DNA of 64,000 nucleotides, taken from positions 186,001 to 250,000 of the forward strand of contig JBECUI020000030.1 in assembly GCA_040954595.2 (NCBI GenBank), read 5' to 3'. The stretch comes from Balanoglossus misakiensis. Its lineage: Eukaryota; Animalia; Hemichordata. Of this stretch, positions 38,668 through 48,673 are shown one piece after another; position 1 is the first letter of the stretch, and each line of letters opens with the position of its first letter. The position numbers and the translations under genes were made by a program. The notes under the pieces were generated by a model. It worked only from the letters and a program-made list of their open reading frames with translations, ran no database searches and was not told the DNA's origin.

Positions 38668-39417
38668 CTAGAGAATATGTTCCAGGAAACGCTTGGTACG
38701 CTCATGTTTCGGGTTATCAAAGAATTCTTTCGGAGGCCCCTGTTCGATAATTCTTCCCTCATCCATAAAAATAATTTCGTCAGCTGCAGTTTTTGCAAAA
38801 CCCATTTCATGAGAAACGACCAGCATGGTCATACCATCTTGCGCAAGCTGTAACATGACATCCAATACCTCTTTAATCATTTCGGGATCGAGAGCGGATG
38901 TCGGCTCATCAAAAAGCATGAGATGTGGATGCATGGCAAGTGAACGTGCAATGGCAAGCCGTTGTTTTTGCCCGCCGGAAAGCTGTTCGGGATATGATTT
39001 TTCCTTATCTGATAAAGCCACTTTTTTTAGCAGTAAGCGAGCTTGTTTTTCTGCTTCTGCACGCGGTGTTTTTTTTACCTTGCGGGGAGCAATGGTAATA
39101 TTATCCAGTGCGGAAATATGCGGAAAGAGATTAAACTGCTGAAATACCATACCGACCCGCTCGCGAATGGCCTGTATATTGGAATAGTGTTCGGTAACAG
39201 TGGTATTTTCAATTTGTATTATTCCGCTATCGCTTCGTTCCAATTGGTTTATGCAGCGTAAGAGGGTACTCTTCCCACTGCCTGAGGGCCCGATAACAAT
39301 AACGACCTTGCCCTTGTCTACCGTAAGGCTGACCTGATCAAGTGCGCGAAACTGTCCGAAATATTTACTTAAATTTGAGATACGAAGAAAAGGTGTCGTG
39401 TCTGTTGTCTCGTTCAT
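38668..39417 (-). CDS. Polar amino acid ABC transporter ATP-binding protein (GlnQ-like)
   Basis: [28 protein letters not shown]. Confidence 0.93.
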   Translation of the reverse strand: MNETTDTTPFLRISNLSKYFGQFRALDQVSLTVDKGKVVIVIGPSGSGKSTLLRCINQLERSDSGIIQIENTTVTEHYSNIQAIRERVGMVFQQFNLFPHISALDNITIAPRKVKKTPRAEAEKQARLLLKKVALSDKEKSYPEQLSGGQKQRLAIARSLAMHPHLMLFDEPTSALDPEMIKEVLDVMLQLAQDGMTMLVVSHEMGFAKTAADEIIFMDEGRIIEQGPPKEFFDNPKHERTKRFLEHIL

Positions 39418-40181
39418 TTTCTCTCCAAGTGTTCTTCCATCATACCTACCAGTTTTGAAAAGAAGAGTGTAATAATTAGATATACAATAGCAACCATGGT
39501 ATATGTTTCAAAGTACAAAAACGATACCGATGCAAACTCCCTTCCACGACGCAATAAGTCCGACACTGCCAATATCGATACTAAGGAAGAGTCCTTTAAC
39601 ATGGCAATAAACTCATTACCAATAGGTGGCAGGATAATCCGAAGTGTTTGCGGAATAATAATATTCCACAGTACTTGCCAGCGTGTTAGTCCCAAGGCAA
39701 GACCTGCTTCCATTTGTCCCTTGGGGATTGCTGCAATGCTTGCACGAAATATCTCGCTTAGGTAGGCGCCGTAACAAACGGACATAGCAATAATTGCTGC
39801 CACGAGACGTGGCAACTGAAGAAAACGTCCCAACGCAAAGTAGATATAAAATAGCTGCACGAGAAGGGGTATACCGCGAACAATTTCAACATAGATAGTA
39901 GCTAAACGATTTAAGAACTTGTTATGGGAAATTTGACCTAATCCACTCAAGAATCCGAGAATGAGTGCAAAGAAAATGGAAAGAATCGTTACCTGGAAGG
40001 TAGTTAGAATGCCATCAGGTAAGAATACCAAAATATCCCAATACGGATCAGGTGAGAGGATCGGCAACAGCACGAGCAGTGTTATTGCCGACAAAAATGA
40101 AATACGCCATGCCGACAAAATTGACTTATCATGTTTTGTCGGAATAAGCGTACTATCTGTAGGTTTTGTTATTGAAGCCAC
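39414..40181 (-). CDS. Polar amino acid ABC transporter permease
   Basis: [28 protein letters not shown]. Confidence 0.93.
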   Translation of the reverse strand: MASITKPTDSTLIPTKHDKSILSAWRISFLSAITLLVLLPILSPDPYWDILVFLPDGILTTFQVTILSIFFALILGFLSGLGQISHNKFLNRLATIYVEIVRGIPLLVQLFYIYFALGRFLQLPRLVAAIIAMSVCYGAYLSEIFRASIAAIPKGQMEAGLALGLTRWQVLWNIIIPQTLRIILPPIGNEFIAMLKDSSLVSILAVSDLLRRGREFASVSFLYFETYTMVAIVYLIITLFFSKLVGMMEEHLERK

Positions 40182-40921
40182 TTATCTATAAGGGCATCCA
40201 CTGTACCGTTTGCAATAAGAGTGGCGAGTGCGGGATTAATTTTATCAAGGAGTGTTTGGTTTCCTTTCCGCACCACAATGCCGTAAAATTCATCGGTAAA
40301 AGGTTCTCCAACAATTTTTAACTTGTTGGCATAGGCGGGGTTTTGCATAACAAAGTCAGCAGCAATAGGGGTATCGCCGACGACACCGTCAATTTGACCA
40401 TTTGCCAGGTCTGCAATAGCAAAACCCAGTTCATCATATGTTTTCATGTTTACAGATGTAACTTTTTCAGCAGCAAAAGCTCCGGTTGTTCCTATCTGTG
40501 TACCAACCGTTCTTCCTGCCAAGTCTGCAAGAGTTTGGATATGTGCGGGCTCATCGATTGCTACAATAAGAACCTGACCAGCATTGATGTAGGGGTCGGA
40601 AAAATCCATCGTTTTCTGCCGCTCTTCGGTAATGGTAACCGAAGAAATAACGGCATCGTAGTCACCGTTTACCAGACCTGCAAATATACCGTCCCATGCG
40701 GTGTTTTGATATGTTACCGAAAGCCCCGCCTCTTTAGCAATGGCGTCCATTAAATCGATATCAAATCCAATAATCTCTTTATCTGCATTAAGAAATTGCA
40801 TCGGTGGCCAAGTGGCATCGGTAGCAACGACAATGCTGTTTGCATTAGTTTCAGCTTGTGCCCCAGCAAACACGGGCATGGTTAAACATAGAACAAGTAT
40901 TATAATACTTAATTTTTTCAT
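40169..40921 (-). CDS. Amino acid ABC transporter substrate-binding protein (family 3)
   Basis: Signal peptide; ATDATWPPM, GFDIDL, ITEER, DFSDPY. Confidence 0.93.
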   Translation of the reverse strand: MKKLSIIILVLCLTMPVFAGAQAETNANSIVVATDATWPPMQFLNADKEIIGFDIDLMDAIAKEAGLSVTYQNTAWDGIFAGLVNGDYDAVISSVTITEERQKTMDFSDPYINAGQVLIVAIDEPAHIQTLADLAGRTVGTQIGTTGAFAAEKVTSVNMKTYDELGFAIADLANGQIDGVVGDTPIAADFVMQNPAYANKLKIVGEPFTDEFYGIVVRKGNQTLLDKINPALATLIANGTVDALIDKWLQ

Positions 40922-41049
40922 TATTCTCTCCTAGAATAGGTGTAGAATTTTATTATATAATATATTAATAGAATAAAACAAGTGCAAATATAACAAATGA
41001 CACAATTTTTTGTATTGAATGACAATTATAAAGGTGGTAGGATAATACA

Positions 41050-41820
41050 ATGCGGCAAGGTACAGTATTTACCTGTGCAAATCAAAAGGGAGGGGTTGGG
41101 AAGACAACGACTGTTATCAACCTGGGGGCTGGTCTGGCAGAACATGGAAAAACCGTTTTGTTGATAGATATGGACCCGCAGGCAAACTTGACAAGCGGCA
41201 TTGGAGCAAGTAAGGAGAAGCATGGTGCATACACGACATTGCTGGCCGAGGATTCTGCACAGTCGGTTATCCAGAAACTTCAGTTTGATAATCTATATCT
41301 CATTCCCTCCAGTATGGATCTGTCAGGAGCGCAGGTTGAGCTCCTGCAGCAAGAAGATAAAGAATATCAGCTCCGGCGGGCATTGGAGCCGATTCGCAAC
41401 AACTTTGATTACATCCTTATTGATCCGCCGCCATCATTGGATATTCTAACAATAAATGCACTCGTTGCTGCGGATTATGTAATTATTCCCCTGCAATGTG
41501 AGTATTATTCTTTGGAGGGATTAAGCGATCTATTGGAAAGTTACCGGAGAATTAAGGAAGGATTAAATCCACAGTTGGATATATACGGCATTCTCTTTAC
41601 CATGTTTGACCAGCGGCTTCGGGTATCGAATGATGTCATTGCCGATGTGCTCAGCCATTTTAAGGGGAAAACGTTTGATACCATTATTCCCCGAAACGTA
41701 AAACTTGCCGAGGCTCCATCACACGGTTTGCCGATAACTGAGTACGCTCCAACTTCTGTGGGTGCAAAAAGTTATCGGGCATTAGCCAGAGAGATATTAC
41801 ATTACAAGGTAGAAACATGA
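41050..41820 (+). CDS. parA: Chromosome partition ATPase ParA/Soj
   Basis: NQKGGVGKTT, DMDPQAN, PLQCEYY, IPRNVKLAEAPSHG. Confidence 0.95.
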   Translation: MRQGTVFTCANQKGGVGKTTTVINLGAGLAEHGKTVLLIDMDPQANLTSGIGASKEKHGAYTTLLAEDSAQSVIQKLQFDNLYLIPSSMDLSGAQVELLQQEDKEYQLRRALEPIRNNFDYILIDPPPSLDILTINALVAADYVIIPLQCEYYSLEGLSDLLESYRRIKEGLNPQLDIYGILFTMFDQRLRVSNDVIADVLSHFKGKTFDTIIPRNVKLAEAPSHGLPITEYAPTSVGAKSYRALAREILHYKVET

Positions 41821-42725
41821 AGAAAAAACTAGGGAGAGGTATGGATGCCTTGTTGGGACAATATACGGCACCAAAGGCATCCGCTACTGATCTAATAGCC
41901 ATTGCGGACATTGAGCCAAACCCCGATCAGCCACGAAAAGAGTTTGATCCGACTGCATTAGAAGAATTGTCACAGTCAATAAAGGAGCACGGCATACTAC
42001 AGCCGATACTCGTACAAAAAAAGCACGATAAGTATCAAATTATTGCGGGCGAACGTCGGTATCGGGCAGCAAAACTAGCCGGGTTAAACGAGATGCCGGT
42101 TATTTCTAAAGCGTTTGATAGTAAATTTCTGGGTGTTATTTCCTTAATTGAAAACATTCAACGGGAAGATCTTAATCCGATCGAAGAATCTATGGCATTT
42201 CGGGATATTCTTGCGGTAGAGGGCATGTCTCAAGAGTTATTATCAAAACATTTAGGCATTGCCCGTGCAACTATAGCGAATAGTGTGCGCTTATTAAAGT
42301 TATCACCCAAGATACAGAAACTTGTTGTCTCCGGAGAGATAAGTGCAGGGCATGCACGCACTGTTTTATCAGTTCGAAATACAGCGGAACGTGAAGCATT
42401 TGCCGACGCGATAATTGAGCATGGATTGTCGGTTCGTGCCGCCGAAGATGCAGCAAGTCAACTCAATCTGGGACGGACATTAGAAGCAGCAATTGTAAAC
42501 ACGGAAGAGAAACAACCGACATCGGGAACAGTACAGGAGACGCGATCGATCGCACACCACAGCGATGCGGAATTACGACGGACCGAGAAGCAATTAATTG
42601 AATCGCTAGGCACCAAGGTCCGTATTATGGGCTCCCCACAAAAGGGGAGAATTAATATCCATTATTTTTCCACAGATGATCTCGAAGAACTCGTTCAAAT
42701 TTTAATGAATCGAAAAGGGGACTGA
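41817..42725 (+). CDS. parB: Chromosome partition CTPase ParB/Spo0J
   Basis: LGRGM, PNPDQPRK, IAGERRYRA, ENIQREDLNPIEE. Confidence 0.95.
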   Translation: MKKKLGRGMDALLGQYTAPKASATDLIAIADIEPNPDQPRKEFDPTALEELSQSIKEHGILQPILVQKKHDKYQIIAGERRYRAAKLAGLNEMPVISKAFDSKFLGVISLIENIQREDLNPIEESMAFRDILAVEGMSQELLSKHLGIARATIANSVRLLKLSPKIQKLVVSGEISAGHARTVLSVRNTAEREAFADAIIEHGLSVRAAEDAASQLNLGRTLEAAIVNTEEKQPTSGTVQETRSIAHHSDAELRRTEKQLIESLGTKVRIMGSPQKGRINIHYFSTDDLEELVQILMNRKGD

Positions 42726-42767
42726 ACTTCCTCTTCCAGGCAAGATTGTCCGATTTTAGCGAGCTCT

Positions 42768-43763
42768 TTAGGTTGCATCATTTTTTCCCTCCAATCTATG
42801 TTTTGCAATATCAAAATACTGTTCATTAATTTCAATGCCGATGCTATGCCGGTTGGTATTTCTTGCCGCTATTGCAGTTGTTCCACTGCCGAGGAATGGA
42901 TCTAAAACCGTTTGCCCTTCAATAGAGAAAAGTTTTATCAGATGTTCAATAAGTCGCACAGGTTTAACGGTCAGATGTGAATTATACTTCGCTTTATCCG
43001 GCTTTTCAACAGGCATGACCGTTGAAGGGCCAGTTCCGTTTAGTGTTTGACTTGCATCAATCAACCCGGTTTTCCAAGTAACCCAGTTTTCTATGAAGGT
43101 ACCAATGCGCGGTTTTTGTGCAACTAAGATGCTTTCAAACAGAGGACGCAGTTGTGGCGTCTTTCGACCCATAAGGTGTTTTTTCAGCTCTTGTTTTTTT
43201 GTATCGGGTATATGCATTCTATCAACGAAGTGATCTTGCGAAAAGGCTTTTGCCTGTGCCTTCTTCGTGTAATGCCAGGCATATTGATCTCTTATTTCAA
43301 ATCCGCTATCTTCAACTGCAACCCCCATTCGGTGTAATAAGCGAGGCATGCTAAAAGATAAGAAAAAAGCGCCCGGGGCGAGAACGCGCATTATTTCTTT
43401 TGAAACGTGGGAATAAAATGCTTGAAATGCTTTCCCCTGTTTGGGGTCAAACTTCATTCCTACCGGGAGACCACCAATAGCGCCCGCTTTTTTAGCACGG
43501 TGTTCCAGCGCATCTTTATTCCAATCAAGACCCATTCCATCAAGGAAATACGGAGGATCAGTTATAACAAGATGGATCGCGTTTGCATCAATCTCTTGTA
43601 ACTTACTGAGGCAGTCACCAAGGATGAGGCGGGGAGTAAAATCATTGTTTTGTTGCGAGTTTACTTTATTCACAGCAGAAACTATTGCCTCATTCAATAT
43701 TTTATTGCTCCCTTGCTTACTCCTGTGTGCGGGCAGAATTGCTTTTCTAACCCAAGGGAGCAT
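42768..43763 (-). CDS. Orphan N6A/N4C DNA methyltransferase (beta-class motif order)
   Basis: TDPPY precedes HLTVKP and LDPFLGSGTT; no endonuclease gene adjacent. Confidence 0.88.
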   Translation of the reverse strand: MLPWVRKAILPAHRSKQGSNKILNEAIVSAVNKVNSQQNNDFTPRLILGDCLSKLQEIDANAIHLVITDPPYFLDGMGLDWNKDALEHRAKKAGAIGGLPVGMKFDPKQGKAFQAFYSHVSKEIMRVLAPGAFFLSFSMPRLLHRMGVAVEDSGFEIRDQYAWHYTKKAQAKAFSQDHFVDRMHIPDTKKQELKKHLMGRKTPQLRPLFESILVAQKPRIGTFIENWVTWKTGLIDASQTLNGTGPSTVMPVEKPDKAKYNSHLTVKPVRLIEHLIKLFSIEGQTVLDPFLGSGTTAIAARNTNRHSIGIEINEQYFDIAKHRLEGKNDAT

Positions 43764-43792
43764 GTCAGTATTACATGATTATGCACTTTTGT

Positions 43793-44371
43793 CTAGCAGT
43801 CGCGAGAGGCATCTTTGTGCCGAACCTTCCGCGAGAGAAATGCATTGCCTTCTATGCAGAAACGGAGCAATCGTGCATGATGGTCGTGAAATCCAATACG
43901 TTTGTCTGTCTGAATCTTTGGTGTTTTGCAGTCTTGAATTATGCGAATGGTGATGTCTCCATGCAGGAGGGATGTCCCATCATATTTTTCAGTCAAAGCA
44001 AGGGCTTGGACAAGTTTTGCGGGCCCGTTTGTTAAGTCGGAAGATTGACGACGATCGTGCATACGCTCCATGCCCCAGTACGGTTCTAATGCCCGAATGA
44101 GCACGGCTGCCCCTGTTCCTTCTTTTTCAGTAACAACATTGAAACATCGGTGTATGCCGTAGATACGATATATATAGGCATGCCCACCTGGCAGAAACAT
44201 AGAAGCATTGCGCTTTGTTTTCCCACGGTAGGAGTGCGAGGCGGGGTCGTCAGCAGCGTATGCCTCTGTTTCCACTATGCGTCCACCGGTGAGTGAACCG
44301 TCATCTTCGCGGCGAAGTATGCAGGCATTCAGTAAAGCACGGGCAACCGTTTCGGTATCTTGTTGGAACAA
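43793..44371 (-). CDS. DNA-3-methyladenine glycosylase (MPG/AAG family)
   Basis: IVETEAY, D.ASHS, YIYRIYGIH, AVLIRALEP, NGPAKL. Confidence 0.92.
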   Translation of the reverse strand: MFQQDTETVARALLNACILRREDDGSLTGGRIVETEAYAADDPASHSYRGKTKRNASMFLPGGHAYIYRIYGIHRCFNVVTEKEGTGAAVLIRALEPYWGMERMHDRRQSSDLTNGPAKLVQALALTEKYDGTSLLHGDITIRIIQDCKTPKIQTDKRIGFHDHHARLLRFCIEGNAFLSRKVRHKDASRDC

Positions 44372-44402
44372 TGATGCATCAGGAACAAGAAGGTCGATGG
44401 AT

Positions 44403-45623
44403 CTAGCCCTTAACGCTACCTGCGGTTAATCCACCAACAAGGAGTTTATGAAACCAGAAAAAGAGTGCCATAACCGGTGCCGTAATAATAATTGAACCGG
44501 CGGCAAGGTATTGGCGCGGAACTTCCTGTGTATTAAGGGAATGCACCCCACGAGGGAGGGTGAACAAATCCGGGGTGTCGAGCATCATAAACGCAAAGAG
44601 AAATTCATTCCAGGCAATCATGAATACGTAGAGGGCAACCGATACAATCGCAGGCATGCTCAAGGGGATAGTAATTCGAAGAATGACACCAGCGCGGGTG
44701 CATCCGTCAATGAGACCTGCCTCTTCAATATCAGCGTGGAGGCTTTGAAAATAGCTACGGAGCATGTATAGAGCTACGGGAATAGTCATTGCCGGGTAGA
44801 TAATAAACAGCCCAAGGAGATTGTCTCGGAGTCCAATATTTGCAAAGATCGTATACAGGGGCAATACCAATACAATAGCCGGAAACATATACACAAGCAA
44901 AATAAGTTGAGATAAGACATTTCTGCCGGGGAACCGCAGACGAGTTACAGCATAGGCACCGGAAATAGAGGGGAGAAGCGTAAGAATGACAGTGGCAAAG
45001 GAGACGATCGCACTGTTTATGATATACCGATTAAAGGAAAAGGTAACGAGCACCTCTCTATATCCGGCAAGGAGGTCAGGGTTGCTAAAATCAATACTGA
45101 GGTCAAGAGGATTATTCAACATACTAGCCCGTGGTTTCATACTCGTAGTTAGCATGTAATACAGGGGGAAAAGAACTATAGCTATAATAAACACATAGCT
45201 GATGCACCTGATAATCCAGGTAAGAGCCTGAGTGGCGATTGCCGACATTTCTTGCCGGGGAGATACAGATTGTACGTATTGTAAAAGAAAAAATGATGAT
45301 GCAAGGGTGGCGGCCCAAGTTGAAAAAATGTTCATGGCAATGTCGCTTCCGCCAATGTTTCCGAAGGGGCTACCGATAAGAAGAATTGGAGCAAGGGCAA
45401 GGGTGCCAATAATAGCTACTTGTAACAAGCCATGCCATTCAAGCCGATAGGACAGGACAGCACCGATACATGCCCCTGCAATGACGGTACCAACAGGATT
45501 GACTAATGCCTCCGTGTATCCCATCAATATGATAAATATCCATACAGCAAACTGTATGAAAGATTGAAGAAAGATGCCGAGAAAAACAATATGTGCCTGA
45601 TATAATCGATTGTGTTTGTTCAT
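44403..45623 (-). CDS. Carbohydrate ABC transporter permease with N-terminal extension
   Basis: EEAGLIDG EAA loop, AWNEFLFA, GGLTAGSVKG. Confidence 0.9.
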   Translation of the reverse strand: MNKHNRLYQAHIVFLGIFLQSFIQFAVWIFIILMGYTEALVNPVGTVIAGACIGAVLSYRLEWHGLLQVAIIGTLALAPILLIGSPFGNIGGSDIAMNIFSTWAATLASSFFLLQYVQSVSPRQEMSAIATQALTWIIRCISYVFIIAIVLFPLYYMLTTSMKPRASMLNNPLDLSIDFSNPDLLAGYREVLVTFSFNRYIINSAIVSFATVILTLLPSISGAYAVTRLRFPGRNVLSQLILLVYMFPAIVLVLPLYTIFANIGLRDNLLGLFIIYPAMTIPVALYMLRSYFQSLHADIEEAGLIDGCTRAGVILRITIPLSMPAIVSVALYVFMIAWNEFLFAFMMLDTPDLFTLPRGVHSLNTQEVPRQYLAAGSIIITAPVMALFFWFHKLLVGGLTAGSVKG

Positions 45624-46858
45624 GCTTCCGGTTTATATCGGGTATACACCAGCAGGAATACTGCAAGGCAGAGAAATAAAAACATTGCTACAGCAGCACC
45701 TGCCCCGATATCTCCGAGGGCAAATGCCTGCACATATACTTCGATTGGGAGGGTTCTTGTACCGGCAGCACCGCCGGTAAGAAGAAACACATCCTCAAAC
45801 TTGTTAAAGTTCCAAATAAAACGTATCAGAAATAAGGTGGTCAATACGGGCATGAGTAATGGCAGGGTTATACGAAAAAAGGAATAAAGTATTCCTGCCC
45901 CGTCAACCGTTGCTGCTTCATAGAGAGCATCCGGGATGGCTTGTAATCGTGCAAGGATAAACAAAAATATAAGTGGGAAATAGTGCCAAGCATTAAAGCC
46001 AATTACTGAGGATAGTGCAAGAGGAAGGTCCATACCGAATACTTGTGTAAATTCCTGGCTAAAAAAGGCAATGCTTTCTGTTATCCACCCGAGCTTTAGA
46101 AGCAAATAATTAATGGTACCGCTAAAGGGATCGAGAAAGGAGACCCAGCTGAGTGTTAATGCGATAACCGGTGCAATGTACGGGAAGAGTAAAAACGTTA
46201 TGAGTAGAGCACGCCCTCGTTTTAGTTTATTGACCAATAAGGCAGTGCAGAGACCAAATAGCAATGCAGCGAGGGCAGAGACAGCGCTGTATCCCAAGGT
46301 AACTGTAAGTGCATGGAAAAAGCTGTTTGATTGCAAAACTTTGATGTAGTTATCCAGATTTAATTGAGGTGTAAGCAGGTGATTGGTTGATTTTCCGGTA
46401 ACGGTCGGAACAAGAATTTCTCGAGATTGCGGCTTATTGAGAAATTCCTGCATTGCACGAAAGCTGAATATGAAATTACGCCGTTTTGATGCTTCCCATG
46501 TGGGGATGTGCGCAATCAACTGATTATTCTCGCGAATAAATGGTTCGGGAATAGTTGATAATTGCAGGCCTTCTGGTAGATTGAAGGTGATAAGGACATC
46601 TTCAACCGATTGGGTGGTACTGGTATTTCGGACTGATAGTCGTATTAGCAGTTCTTCGCCAACGGCAGCCGGTCTTTTACGAATTTGCTCTGATACGATG
46701 ACTTTTGCCTGTCGCAGGTCTGCCATCTGTACCGGCTTAAAACTTATCCAAACGTTTGCCAGTACAGGAAAAATTATAATAAGGAAAACCATTAACAACG
46801 AAGGCAATAGCATGATGTATGCTAAGCGACGTTCTTGTTGCAACAGTGATGCCGACAT
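45620..46858 (-). CDS. Carbohydrate ABC transporter permease (MalF-like, periplasmic insert)
   Basis: LYEAATVDGA, FFRITLP, GTRTLPI. Confidence 0.9.
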   Translation of the reverse strand: MSASLLQQERRLAYIMLLPSLLMVFLIIIFPVLANVWISFKPVQMADLRQAKVIVSEQIRKRPAAVGEELLIRLSVRNTSTTQSVEDVLITFNLPEGLQLSTIPEPFIRENNQLIAHIPTWEASKRRNFIFSFRAMQEFLNKPQSREILVPTVTGKSTNHLLTPQLNLDNYIKVLQSNSFFHALTVTLGYSAVSALAALLFGLCTALLVNKLKRGRALLITFLLFPYIAPVIALTLSWVSFLDPFSGTINYLLLKLGWITESIAFFSQEFTQVFGMDLPLALSSVIGFNAWHYFPLIFLFILARLQAIPDALYEAATVDGAGILYSFFRITLPLLMPVLTTLFLIRFIWNFNKFEDVFLLTGGAAGTRTLPIEVYVQAFALGDIGAGAAVAMFLFLCLAVFLLVYTRYKPEA

Positions 46859-46897
46859 AATTACAAATAAGCTCCTAACTTCAATGTCGGTTAATAA

Positions 46898-47044
46898 TTA
46901 TTGACAACTTTCGCATGGTTCGGTGCTCCCCTCGTAGGGGCAAGCATCAGCAAGGAAGTCTTCCTCTTCTTTCGTGTTACCTGAGTTGGTAGTATCCGTA
47001 TTTGGTTTTTTCTCTTCTAGGTCTTTATCGTTACTATCAAGCAT
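46898..47044 (-). CDS. Small acidic 48-aa protein ending C-x8-CESCQ (below the ORF-track length cutoff)
   Basis: GGGAGG RBS upstream of ATG; translates MLDSNDKDLEEKKPNTDTTNSGNTKEEEDFLADACPYEGSTEPCESCQ*. Confidence 0.75.
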   Translation of the reverse strand: MLDSNDKDLEEKKPNTDTTNSGNTKEEEDFLADACPYEGSTEPCESCQ

Positions 47045-47083
47045 TATTATATCCTCCCAGTAATGTAGGCATTGATAAATATG

Positions 47084-47110
47084 CGGCCCGGTAGTAAAGC
47101 TACCGGACCG
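47084..47110 (-). terminator. Stem-loop after the sugar-binding protein gene (terminator or mRNA stabiliser)
   Basis: cggcccggtag-taaag-ctaccggaccg inverted repeat; no strong U tract. Confidence 0.55.
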
Positions 47111-47119
47111 ATTATGGTT

Positions 47120-48562
47120 TTATGGTACAAGTTTTTGTACTTCTTGGGCAATCAGTTGAGAAGTTTCAGCGGCGTCGCGTTTTCCATCTAGGAATTCTCG
47201 TATGAGAGTTGAAACAGTTTTTGTTTCATAGACCTTTGACATGACACTGATATACTTGTCTTCAAAACCCCAGCGTGTACCAGTCTGGAGACCGTCTCGC
47301 ATAGTAGTAATTACATCTTTCGCATAACTAGCGGAAAGGGGTTCTTTGCGATCTACTCCGACATCCAGTGCAAGCCAGCTGTTAATAAACTTTTCAGGAT
47401 CAGCTGAGGTGCCGCTTCGGATGGGAAATTTTCCTTCGGGGGCTATGGCAAGGGTTTGCACATAGCCACTATCCATAGAAAATTTTACAAATTCTATTGC
47501 CGCTTCTATGTTTGCATCAACAGTTATACCGAAGTATCGGTAGTCAGCCCAGCCTGCACCATCGGGATTGCTGGGACCTGCAAGTGAACCAAGGAATGCA
47601 GTCTTTTGGGCGAGTTCCTTTGTTGTGGGATCCTCTGATATTGTAACCGGTGCATTATCACGAAGTCCTGCCAGTTCATCAAGAATGAAGGGCGACCATA
47701 TAATCATGGCGGCGCGTCCTGCAAGATACAGTTCTCGGGAATGTTGCCAGTATAGATTACCAGGCGGGCTGGCTTCAGCAAGCTGCTTGTAGAAATTCAA
47801 TGCTTCTATGAGCTTAGGTGAATCTACTACAACTTGCCCCTGATTATTGACCAGTTGTACCCCGTTCGCAAGTGCAACATGTTCGAATACTTGCATCGTG
47901 TAGTCCTGACTTGGGTCTGTAGCTGCGACAAAACCGTAAAGATCAGGAGGGTTATGCAAAACTTGAATTGCATTGATAATTTTTTCGTAGGTATTAGGTG
48001 CTGGTAACCCGGCTGCATTGAATAGATCCTCTCGATATACAAGTAATTGTGTCCATCCATCTACAGGGACTGCGACGTAATCGTTGCCACTTTGTACCTT
48101 GCCAAGCGCCGCCGATAGAAATGTTTGTGTACCAAGTGCGTTAATGGCCTCGGTTGCAGCATACGAGTCAAGTATGCCGGCATCCGCCCAACTCCATGTG
48201 TTTTTGAGTGGATGGTAAATGACATCAGGCAAATCGCCGGCTGCATATGCAGCAGTAGCACGTTCCGCCATAAGGGTTTCCGATACCGGAATAACCTGAA
48301 CAGTTATGCCCGTCTGTTGGCGAAAACTTTCTGCAATCGCTTCTTGCACAACAATTCTCTCGGGTTGCTCTTCGGTTGTCCATAATGTAATTGTTACGCT
48401 TGTATTTGCAGGTGCTTCCACAGGTTCGCTTGCTGCAGGCTCTTCGGGCGAAACAGGTGTGAAATTTGATTCAGATTCTCCCCCTGCAAATACTGGGGCA
48501 ATGCCTGTAAATACTAAACATACAATCCATATACATATTAGGTATTTGGAATACTTAACCAT
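47120..48562 (-). CDS. Carbohydrate ABC transporter substrate-binding protein
   Basis: GGAGGA RBS, signal peptide MVKYSK...PVFAG, AGDLPDVI, LLVYREDLF. Confidence 0.9.
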   Translation of the reverse strand: MVKYSKYLICIWIVCLVFTGIAPVFAGGESESNFTPVSPEEPAASEPVEAPANTSVTITLWTTEEQPERIVVQEAIAESFRQQTGITVQVIPVSETLMAERATAAYAAGDLPDVIYHPLKNTWSWADAGILDSYAATEAINALGTQTFLSAALGKVQSGNDYVAVPVDGWTQLLVYREDLFNAAGLPAPNTYEKIINAIQVLHNPPDLYGFVAATDPSQDYTMQVFEHVALANGVQLVNNQGQVVVDSPKLIEALNFYKQLAEASPPGNLYWQHSRELYLAGRAAMIIWSPFILDELAGLRDNAPVTISEDPTTKELAQKTAFLGSLAGPSNPDGAGWADYRYFGITVDANIEAAIEFVKFSMDSGYVQTLAIAPEGKFPIRSGTSADPEKFINSWLALDVGVDRKEPLSASYAKDVITTMRDGLQTGTRWGFEDKYISVMSKVYETKTVSTLIREFLDGKRDAAETSQLIAQEVQKLVP

Positions 48563-48583
48563 AAAATCCTCCTTAAAACGTAC

Positions 48584-48616
48584 GTAAACGTTAACAAAAT
48601 AACTTGTTAACGTCAA
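48584..48616. promoter_or_regulatory. Operator-like palindromes overlapping the sugar-operon promoter
   Basis: Perfect 10-bp inverted repeat acgttaacaa-N6-ttgttaacgt (48588-48613); LacI-like GTAAACGTTAAC; TTGACG-17-TAACGT on the minus strand. Confidence 0.55.
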
Positions 48617-48673
48617 GTTCATTACATAGTAATAATATTGTCTAGTTTGTACTATATAATATACAGTAGATAT

